Shown here in pieces: positions 10,036 to 18,213 of a stretch of DNA of 32,000 bases. The translations under genes were made by a program, and so were the position numbers. The first letter of the stretch is position 1. Each line of letters opens with the position of its first letter. Under the pieces are notes generated by a model, which worked only from the letters and a program-made list of their open reading frames with translations, ran no database searches and was not told the DNA's origin. Source of the DNA: Candidatus Harpocratesius repetitus (GTDB lineage Archaea; Asgardarchaeota; Lokiarchaeia; Sigyniarchaeales; Promethearchaeaceae); the NCBI GenBank assembly GCA_021498095.1, contig JAIZWK010000001.1, forward strand, positions 90,001-122,000, given 5' to 3'.

Positions 10036-10722
10036 TTATTTCCTAACCTTATTACTTGAACATTCTTCCTTATATTCACTGCATTCATCCTTTAATATGC
10101 AAGAAAAACATTTTGGATTTTTCTGAACACAGACCATTGAGCCAAAATCGATTAAAGCATAATTATAGATATCCCAATTATCATCTGGAAGTAATTCATC
10201 AGCAAATTTCCAGAAAAGAGGATCATTACGCGGGCGTTCCTTTGAAGAAACAAAATGAAAAAAGCGGGAAATAACTCGAATAACATTTACATCGACCAAA
10301 GAAATCCTTTCACCTCTGGCAAAACAACGAAATGCAGAGAGAGTATAGTTACCAACACCAGGCCAACCCAAAATTTCCATTGGTTTAATTGTCTCAAAAG
10401 AAAATTTAGAAGCCTTCATTTTTTTTTGAATTTCAAGTAGATAATCAATCCGTTTTATTAAGCCAAGATTTTTTAAGAGTAATTCGAAATCTTCAGATGT
10501 CGCAGACTTAAATGCATCTTCCGTTGGAAATTTTGAAATAAATTTGGGATAAACAGCAGCGACTTGGGAAGATTTTGTTCGCTGTAAAAGAAATTCTGCT
10601 ATAAAAACACGATATGAATTTCGATCGCTTCTCCAGGAAAATTGACGGAGATTTAAAGATGCCCACTCCATGATTTTTCGAGTGAAAAAGTTCCGAATAT
10701 ATGGATCTTCCCACGAATGCAT
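10036..10722 (-). CDS. mig: HhH-GPD [4Fe-4S] mismatch glycosylase, Mig (T:G thymine-DNA glycosylase) type
   Basis: AEFLLQRT, HhH WPGVGNYT, catalytic VDVNVIRV, Fe-S motif C-x6-C-x2-C-x5-C (CVQKNPKCFSCILKDEC). Lacks the MutY C-terminal domain; has QRTKS and NYA where MutY has QQTQV and NQA. Converges on dcm with a 13 bp gap. Confidence 0.8.
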   Translation of the reverse strand: MHSWEDPYIRNFFTRKIMEWASLNLRQFSWRSDRNSYRVFIAEFLLQRTKSSQVAAVYPKFISKFPTEDAFKSATSEDFELLLKNLGLIKRIDYLLEIQKKMKASKFSFETIKPMEILGWPGVGNYTLSAFRCFARGERISLVDVNVIRVISRFFHFVSSKERPRNDPLFWKFADELLPDDNWDIYNYALIDFGSMVCVQKNPKCFSCILKDECSEYKEECSSNKVRK

Positions 10723-10983
10723 ACGTTACTATTGATTATTAGGAATAAATAGAATTCTAACTGCTTTCTATTTAATAGACTTCTATGAGAATTATCAATT
10801 GAAGAAAAATATTGAGTTCTACTAAACGAATGATGGTTTTTTAGATGGTGTAAAAGACTATTTAGTTGAATTAATTTAGCACTTACTCTCTTTTTCGCCA
10901 TTTACCTTAATATTTTTTAAATATCTACTTATTTTGACAGATATTTTATAGTGTGAATTACAAAATATTATGCAAAAAAATCA

Positions 10984-12456
10984 TTAAGAATTATTAGCAG
11001 TAAGGACATGGACTAATTTATAAATTTCATCTGTGTGATAATTAGCATCTCTTAGAATTTTATGAATTCCACCTTCCTGACGCAGACTCTGTAAAAATTG
11101 TTCAACATTGTCAAAATTTAACCCGGTTACACTGAGGTGAAAATCTTCAATTATTTTTTCCTCAGGAACACCTAAAAGAAGATAAATTATGCAAATTATT
11201 AAGCCGGTTCTATCCGTTCCTGCTACACAATGAAGCAAAATACCTTTATCCCCTGATGTTTGGATTAGGCGTAACACTTTAATCAATTGTTCAGTATTTT
11301 GTCGAACACTGGTTATGTAGTTGTTTTGAAGCATAATTGGTATATGATGATATTCAATTGGATATTGCTCATTTGCAATAATAATTTTATCATAAGGACT
11401 GTTTAAAATTTCTTGGTCATTTCGCAAATCGATAATCATTTGAATATTATGTTCTTTGAGGAACTTTATTACTTCTAACGGTTTATACTTGGTTAAAGTA
11501 CTGCTACGAAATAGTTTTTCACATTTAATTTTTGGTTCCTGTAAGCTTTCCCTACCAAAGTCCCGGAACTTATAAAATGGAGGATATTTTGCTTTAATTT
11601 GTTCTTGGAACTCTTTAATAGATTTTAGATTTAAGGAAGTAGGTATAGAAGTATTTTTTAGTAAATTAAGAAAAGCGCAGAACATATAACCAATTTTTTC
11701 ACGCATTTCCAAAGGATCGATAGTACTGCTTACTTGTTGTAACACTCGAACGTATTCCTGCTCTTTAGGGCTATGAACTAATACTTTGTTGGTTAAATTT
11801 CTCATTGCATATAAATGTGTTTTCCCACCAGAATCTAAATAAAACAACGTGGCAATTTTATAAAAACAGAGATTATGTTGTAGATAGGCTCGATAAAGAT
11901 CGCCTCGATTAAAGAACGGAAAAAAACTTTCGTAATAGTTTAGAAATTTGCGCGCTTCGAGGTCGAACTTGGCTTTACGGTCAAAAGGTGGTTCAGCTGC
12001 AAGATGTTTTTTTAAATATGGTAATAACTTACCATCTTTATCCAAGCATACTACATTTTTTGGATCTTTTATCCGAGTTTCTAGAAAAAATAGGGAGAAT
12101 TGATCATTCAAATTTATCTTATCAATAGAATTAATCAAATGAAGTTCTACTTTAGTAAAGTTGATTGGAAGATACAAAATCCATAATGATTCTTTAAGAT
12201 TATGGGTTCCAGTTTCATAAGGAAGATAATTAACAAATGAAAGGGGACCAAAGATCTCTTCAAAGTTATTTACAGGATTTTTTGAAAATTCAAACCATAA
12301 TGAAGAGCCATTTCCAAATAAGTATAGATCAATATCTGAATAAAGATCTAATTCATCACGAGCCGCAGATCCCAATACAGCCATTTCACGAACATATTCT
12401 TGTAATTGAAAATATTTCTGAATTTTTGAAATTGTATCCTTAATAATATACGACAT
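10984..12456 (-). CDS. Fusion: Pol-beta-type nucleotidyltransferase (ANT(6)/Lnu-like) plus tyrosine/lipid phosphatase (PtpB/IphP, Y_phosphatase3 type)
   Basis: N-terminal LGSAARDELDLYSDIDL (GS...DxD); C-terminal FRDFG, LFRSS, IIDLRN and P-loop HCVAGTDRTG (CX5R). Confidence 0.85.
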   Translation of the reverse strand: MSYIIKDTISKIQKYFQLQEYVREMAVLGSAARDELDLYSDIDLYLFGNGSSLWFEFSKNPVNNFEEIFGPLSFVNYLPYETGTHNLKESLWILYLPINFTKVELHLINSIDKINLNDQFSLFFLETRIKDPKNVVCLDKDGKLLPYLKKHLAAEPPFDRKAKFDLEARKFLNYYESFFPFFNRGDLYRAYLQHNLCFYKIATLFYLDSGGKTHLYAMRNLTNKVLVHSPKEQEYVRVLQQVSSTIDPLEMREKIGYMFCAFLNLLKNTSIPTSLNLKSIKEFQEQIKAKYPPFYKFRDFGRESLQEPKIKCEKLFRSSTLTKYKPLEVIKFLKEHNIQMIIDLRNDQEILNSPYDKIIIANEQYPIEYHHIPIMLQNNYITSVRQNTEQLIKVLRLIQTSGDKGILLHCVAGTDRTGLIICIIYLLLGVPEEKIIEDFHLSVTGLNFDNVEQFLQSLRQEGGIHKILRDANYHTDEIYKLVHVLTANNS

Positions 12457-12487
12457 AATTATTTTCTCGAATTTTATTAATAATTTT

Positions 12488-13147
12488 TCAAGTAGAATAG
12501 TTTTTTATTAACTTATGTTCAAACTGTATGATTTCTTTCCATATTTCTTCAAAAAAACGGTTTTTAAGATTAGATAAGAGCTCATCAGGAGTAAGTATCC
12601 TTGAATTATCAAAATTTAAAATCAAGTGAGGAATAGAATCAATCATCCAAAATTGATCTATTTTATCTTGTTTAAGCTCGTAGTCATTACGAATAATCAG
12701 TTTTTCAACAGGGATAGAAAAGGGATATGGAATTTTATCAAAATGTGAAGTGTTATGAATTTTTTTCAGACACTGCTCAGGAGGAGAAGTAATATAGATA
12801 ATCACATAGGGGTTTTTAGAAAATTTAAGTGCATATCGGACTGCATGTTTATGGATTCCTACCCCGCTAAATTCTAAGACGCAATGTCCATCATTCTGAA
12901 TATATCTGAGAAATTGTGAATATGCATCATATTCTCCTGCTACTGTTCCATCAGCAACTGCTATCCGAATAGTGTCAATAGAATAAATCGGATAGCGAGA
13001 AAATTGTGAAATCCACTTTGCAATTAAAGATTTTCCTGCACCAATATTACCAATAAGAAAAATTTTGAAATTATTTTTTATCCTTATCTGATGTTTCATT
13101 TCATCCATTTTATGACGAGTTCTCCTTGCTTTTTTTCTTTTTATCAA
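12488..13147 (-). CDS. Small P-loop kinase (NMP/shikimate-kinase-like fold)
   Basis: LIGNIGAGKS Walker A near the N-terminus, SIDTIR, VLEFSG, IIYITSPPEQCLKKI. Start TTG 13147 or ATG 13108. Confidence 0.78.
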   Translation of the reverse strand: MIKRKKARRTRHKMDEMKHQIRIKNNFKIFLIGNIGAGKSLIAKWISQFSRYPIYSIDTIRIAVADGTVAGEYDAYSQFLRYIQNDGHCVLEFSGVGIHKHAVRYALKFSKNPYVIIYITSPPEQCLKKIHNTSHFDKIPYPFSIPVEKLIIRNDYELKQDKIDQFWMIDSIPHLILNFDNSRILTPDELLSNLKNRFFEEIWKEIIQFEHKLIKNYST

Positions 13148-13222
13148 TCAAAAAATTTTGCATCTTTTCATGTTTTAGTCAATAGAATCAAAGAGTTAAG
13201 AGAAATGAGATTGTTAAAATAA

Positions 13223-15136
13223 TTAAGACCGTCGAGCAGCTAAAACAGTCATTAATCCTAATCTCTCAGATGATTCAAGGCTAAAACCGCACTTATTGAA
13301 AATAAATTCGTAATCTTTAATAGTTCGCTCTTTTCCTCCTGTGATTGCAATTAAATTTAACGTAAGAAATACTCCTATATCAAATTGGGGATTTTCGGGG
13401 GGAACTAACTCAATAATATAGATTTTTCCATCTTCTTTCAAAATAGTATGACAATTGCTAAGAAGTTTAATTACTCTTTGATCATCCCAATCATGAAGTA
13501 CACGACTTAAAAAGATGGAATCCACAAGTCTTTGCGGGTTCTCTTTCAAAATGGACGAATATTTCAAAATTTCTTTTAAATTATTAAAAAAATCACCAAC
13601 AATTAATTCAACTCTATTTTGTTGAAGTAATTGAGTTAGATAACTTTTAGCAGAATTTACCGCTTCTTTTAAATCGATTAAAATTCCTCGTGTATTTGGA
13701 TATTTAAAAAGCAATTTTTTTAGAAGTACACCTTTTCCACCCCCAATATCCAAGATTATTGGATGTTCTTGATGAATTTCTCTTGTTTTGTTATTAAGAG
13801 ATTGATTTGTCCAATCAGATTTATCAAAAATGGAAAAAGGAAATTCTTCAACTATACGCGCGTAATCCCTCTCAGCATAGTGAGCCATTGCAGAATGATA
13901 AAGCATTGCTTTTTCAGGACGATTATTGATCCATTTAAAAAATTCTTCATTGTAATATAATTCGAATGCTGATCTACATTGCTTATTGGAATTCTTATTT
14001 TTCTCGTAAAATTTCTTTGAGTTTACGTAATGTTTCTGTAAAAATGGCGCCAAATAATTCCAAGCATGATAATGTTCTTCACCGAAAACTAAACAAGAAG
14101 CATATAAAGAATTGGGATGATCTTTTGTAAGCAATTCACCTTTTTTAGTTAGTGTATAATATTCTTTAGATTTCTGAAGCAGCTTCATAACATACAGAGC
14201 GTGAAGGATCTTTTCGCAGTAATTTACTTCAATATGACATGTTTCAGAGATTTGATCTAGTTTTTTTGGACCATTCGATAAATATTCAAAAATACCCAAT
14301 TTTACCGCAGCTACTACGGTTTGCTGTTTCCAATAAGATGTAAATAATGTCTGTAATTTCTGGTGGTTATGATCAGGGTCAGTTTCGGCATTAAATATAG
14401 TATTTACCCAATTTCCCGATTCATCAATTATACCTGATGTACCCTCAAATTTGACAACGCGAGCATAACCATTGTAAAAGGGTTCCACAAGTTGATATCG
14501 CTCTGAATATATCGGTTCTCCTTTCATATCAATATGACACCAACCCCGTTTATCTCGAGCCCGTGCAAATCCCTTATGAAAATTATCGAGATCATAATAT
14601 TTTGACGTATATAAGGGAATACCTTCCTGGTTGATATGAATTGCAAACCCATTGTCTAATCGAGCCACTGCTATCCCATATTTAAAATCACCCACATATA
14701 CAAAAGTTGTTGTATAGATTTTTTTTCCTTCAAGATCGATATGAAAAAATCGATTATTCATATCTCTCACAGCACAAAATTTCTCTTGAAAGTTGCCAAC
14801 CCATCGATAATTGTCCAGATATACCCGATCACCTTGAAGATCGATATGAAACCAATTCCTATTCTTCACAACAGCAGCATAATCATAATAATATCCAAAT
14901 GACCGATCGAAGCGATGTGGATATAATTCTTCACCAGTACTTGTAATATGAAAAGCACCTGTATTATCAACAACCGCAGCTACACCAGGTGGATGAAAAC
15001 TTAGTACATTTTGAAATCTAGCAGAGTATGCTGGAGTTCCGTCAGATTTTAAATGGTGAGTCATTGTTGGGGCAATCGTAAAAGATTGATAATCATTATT
15101 TTTCAGCTGTTTACTTTTAAGAAGATTAGACTTCAT
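13223..15136 (-). CDS. WG-repeat domain fused to class I O-methyltransferase (Methyltransf_2 with dimerisation HTH)
   Basis: About six repeats of type FHIDxxGxxxY...F..G.A in the first ~245 aa; AAVKLGIFEYL dimerisation domain; LDIGGGKG, GDFF, LSRVLHDW, GGKERT motifs. Confidence 0.88.
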   Translation of the reverse strand: MKSNLLKSKQLKNNDYQSFTIAPTMTHHLKSDGTPAYSARFQNVLSFHPPGVAAVVDNTGAFHITSTGEELYPHRFDRSFGYYYDYAAVVKNRNWFHIDLQGDRVYLDNYRWVGNFQEKFCAVRDMNNRFFHIDLEGKKIYTTTFVYVGDFKYGIAVARLDNGFAIHINQEGIPLYTSKYYDLDNFHKGFARARDKRGWCHIDMKGEPIYSERYQLVEPFYNGYARVVKFEGTSGIIDESGNWVNTIFNAETDPDHNHQKLQTLFTSYWKQQTVVAAVKLGIFEYLSNGPKKLDQISETCHIEVNYCEKILHALYVMKLLQKSKEYYTLTKKGELLTKDHPNSLYASCLVFGEEHYHAWNYLAPFLQKHYVNSKKFYEKNKNSNKQCRSAFELYYNEEFFKWINNRPEKAMLYHSAMAHYAERDYARIVEEFPFSIFDKSDWTNQSLNNKTREIHQEHPIILDIGGGKGVLLKKLLFKYPNTRGILIDLKEAVNSAKSYLTQLLQQNRVELIVGDFFNNLKEILKYSSILKENPQRLVDSIFLSRVLHDWDDQRVIKLLSNCHTILKEDGKIYIIELVPPENPQFDIGVFLTLNLIAITGGKERTIKDYEFIFNKCGFSLESSERLGLMTVLAARRS

Positions 15137-17624
15137 ATTTATTCGCTTCCATTATTCTTTCTTTTTTAGAACTTCTCAATTGCGCTGTTATTTTATTTTG
15201 TGGTGGTCTTCGTAATAAACACGATTGACAAACAGAATGACTTTTATAATTAAGCTGTAATTTTTTCAAAGAATCATCCAACCAAAGATTCATAAAATCG
15301 TTATTACCCACGCTCCCCCACGAACCTAACGTCTTTCGTAGATCATCAGGAGCGCAACATACATCAAATTTCCCATCCCATGCAATCCACGCCTCAAATC
15401 CCAAAAAAGGACATTCCCAATCTGAAGAAATGCTTGTTTTCTCTGAATTATCAAAAAATAGTATGTTATCTAATATAATTTGATTTGGTTTAGCAGGTCC
15501 ATCAACTAAATATGGATTTGATTCTCTTTTTGTGAGAGAATCTAATAGGTGATATGATTCTTTCACAATTTCATTCCAACGTTTTTTGCTGTTAGAATTT
15601 CTCAACAGAGATTGTTGCTCCATTTCAGGATAGAGCACCCAAAGATGATGACCTTTAATTCTGTCAATTCCTAATTTGTTGGCAAATTTAATCATTTGCG
15701 GCAGCTCATGATAATTCTTTTCCATAAAGGTCATTTGAAGTGTTATTCGACAATAATGTCCTGTTTTATGAAAAATATGATTTCTTTCCCTTACAAATGT
15801 ATGTAAATCATCCATTCTTTTTTGGAATGGAGAACCAACCATTATTTCTTCTTGGATTTTAGGGATTAAACTATTCCATGAAATTTTCACATCAGAAGCA
15901 ACAGGAATAATCAACTTTGCCCATTCTGATGCTGATTTCCTTGGAAATGTTCCGTTAGTTGTTAAATTTAATGCAATCCCAGTTTCTCTACATAATGAAA
16001 TTATTCGTTCAAAATCAGAATATAATAAAGGTTCTCCCATAGTTGAAGGAATTATTTCTTTTAATCCAAATGGCCAAGCATTCCATACGACTTGTTCAAT
16101 TATCTCGAATGGCATTCTCCGAGGTTTATATTTCTGTGCTTTTACACGATGGCTATTAGGATTTAATTTACTGAATCCTTCACACATAATACAAGAAAGA
16201 TTGCATTCGTCTGGGTTTGTATCAAATGTAATTCTCCATGGACCAATCCCTTGCAATGGTGTAGATAAAGTGTTTTGAAGTCTTTTTTCTATATTTAAAT
16301 ATAGTTGGTGAATAAAGGTGCCATCTGATTCAATAGAGTGAACTTTTGGATGATTTTTTCCAAATTTATCTAATAAATAGGGATTTTGAACAAGATAATA
16401 CATCTTTTCTGCAAGATCAACAGCATCTCCTTGAGAAAAAAGAAGACCATTTACTTGATCTTTTATTAGTTCTGCCATCCCTCCCTTATTTGAAGTAATC
16501 ACAGGAATTTCTGCTTGAAAGGCTTCGTGAATTACTAAAGGAGAATTTTCATACCAAATCGAAGGTACAACCAAAACATCAAACTCTTCAAAAATCTGAG
16601 CCACTTGATTGTTTGGATACTTTCCTATGAACTGAATACTAGAATTACATGACGCTTTAGCTTTCAAAGTTTGGTATAATTTCTTGAATTTATAATGTGG
16701 GGAAGCATTAATCCGTAAACTTACTTTCACATTGGTGCTAGAAGATTGCCCATTGATTAATTGATGTTTTTGGAAAAGCATTTTTTGTAAAATTTCGAAT
16801 GCATCTAATAACACATCCAATCCTTTAGATGGAATAGCAGTCCCGCAATACCCAAAAACAATTTCATGTTTTTCTTTCCGAATTAGACTTGGTACACGAG
16901 AATATTTTCCAAAATATTCTAAATTAAAACCATAATCACGATAAGTGCATTTTCTTGGATCAAGCCCTTCTTTGATGAATCGATTGCGGAGGAATTTAGA
17001 AGGAGCAATGAACATATCAACCAATGAGAATATTTGTCTTATTTTTGCTTTCCTATTCTCCAATAAAGTTTCACAATTCGATTCATCACGAAGATTATTC
17101 CCAATAGTATATTTCTGCTGTATACAACGAATGCACCGTTTGATATCTGTGGGCTCACAGATTTTTAGATCTCTCCCTAAAAATTGTCCTCTCGGACAGA
17201 GAAGCCAATAATCATGAAGAGTAAACACTATTTTGGCTCCAAAAGATTTAGTAATGGAAACTAAGTTTAACGAAAGATGATTTAAGTGTCCAAAATAGAC
17301 ATATTGCGGCTTAAATTCCTGCATGACCTTTTGAAAGAGTTTATCGATTAATGGTTGTTCATGCAAATGGATAAAATCCAATTCGTCTGGTTCTTGCACT
17401 ATGTAATGAATAATTCCTTCAATTTCTTGAGATTTTATATGATCTGGAATTTTTTGACTAACACGATAGAAAATCCGTGTATTATAGTATTTTCTTAAAG
17501 ATTTAGCGAGATTATAAGTGTAAACTTCAGAACCTGCTTCGTACTCAGGGGGAAATCCGTGATGAATGATTAACAATTTAGGCAGCGAATAAGAAGAATT
17601 ACCTGGTTTACTCATTTTTTTCAC
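15126..17624 (-). CDS. Fusion: GT4 (GT-B) glycosyltransferase plus radical SAM/SPASM enzyme
   Basis: N-half: HHGFPPEYEAGSEVYT, TLHDYWLLCPRG, KGLDVLLDAF, PSIWYENSPLVIHEA; C-half: CNLSCIMC, MGEPLLY, C-terminal CPFL...DGKFDVCC...CQSC. Confidence 0.9.
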   Translation of the reverse strand: MKKMSKPGNSSYSLPKLLIIHHGFPPEYEAGSEVYTYNLAKSLRKYYNTRIFYRVSQKIPDHIKSQEIEGIIHYIVQEPDELDFIHLHEQPLIDKLFQKVMQEFKPQYVYFGHLNHLSLNLVSITKSFGAKIVFTLHDYWLLCPRGQFLGRDLKICEPTDIKRCIRCIQQKYTIGNNLRDESNCETLLENRKAKIRQIFSLVDMFIAPSKFLRNRFIKEGLDPRKCTYRDYGFNLEYFGKYSRVPSLIRKEKHEIVFGYCGTAIPSKGLDVLLDAFEILQKMLFQKHQLINGQSSSTNVKVSLRINASPHYKFKKLYQTLKAKASCNSSIQFIGKYPNNQVAQIFEEFDVLVVPSIWYENSPLVIHEAFQAEIPVITSNKGGMAELIKDQVNGLLFSQGDAVDLAEKMYYLVQNPYLLDKFGKNHPKVHSIESDGTFIHQLYLNIEKRLQNTLSTPLQGIGPWRITFDTNPDECNLSCIMCEGFSKLNPNSHRVKAQKYKPRRMPFEIIEQVVWNAWPFGLKEIIPSTMGEPLLYSDFERIISLCRETGIALNLTTNGTFPRKSASEWAKLIIPVASDVKISWNSLIPKIQEEIMVGSPFQKRMDDLHTFVRERNHIFHKTGHYCRITLQMTFMEKNYHELPQMIKFANKLGIDRIKGHHLWVLYPEMEQQSLLRNSNSKKRWNEIVKESYHLLDSLTKRESNPYLVDGPAKPNQIILDNILFFDNSEKTSISSDWECPFLGFEAWIAWDGKFDVCCAPDDLRKTLGSWGSVGNNDFMNLWLDDSLKKLQLNYKSHSVCQSCLLRRPPQNKITAQLRSSKKERIMEANKYEV

Positions 17625-18213
17625 ATTCTTTGTCTTTTTAATTTCAGAATTTTTTCACTTTTTTATTATTATTTTCCTGTCAATTTTTTGGTTCGTTTTT
17701 TTGAAAAAATTTATTCAATTTCAGATAAATCTTTTTCTTTAGACATATTTAATTCTTTCTTTGTGAGTAAATATGTGGTATGATGGTTGAATTATTCCGA
17801 TAGACAATAAATTCCCATTATTTTTTCCAAAAGGAAAAAAAATAGAAAAGAGAAAGATAAGAAAGCATTTTATGAGAAATTGTAGAGTGAGACAATTTCA
17901 GATAAAACTTGATTATTTTCTCTTTCCTTGATATCGGAAATTATTGGGGTTCAATTGGTTGGAATGATTATTTCCAGCCGCTCGATAGGCAGAATTGTTT
18001 GGGTTATATACATTTGATCGATTCGCATTCGATCGATTGGAAGTAGATGATTTTTTACTCATGTTTTAACACCTGTAGTTGTTCAACTACAATTATACTA
18101 ATGATTTTTATTCATTCAAATATAATTGATAATTATCCAGATCAAATATGATCCATTTTTTATTTATAAATTAAATCATATTTTTCTAATAATTTCGAAA
18201 AACGGTATCGCAA

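Noticed and set aside
9510-10901. Short ORFs 9510-9773, 10056-10274, 10255-10440, 10508-10714, 10653-10901
   Set aside because: Antisense or alternate-frame shadows of dcm and mig; none has recognisable features.
12237-17211. Plus-strand short ORFs 12237-12443, 13763-13960, 14707-14946, 16945-17211
   Set aside because: Antisense to well-supported genes of the left arm.
18016-18038. GATCGA-N7-TCGATC inverted repeat with GATCGATT direct repeat in the divergent intergenic region
   Set aside because: Only 6-8 bp; could be an operator but is not distinguishable from chance.
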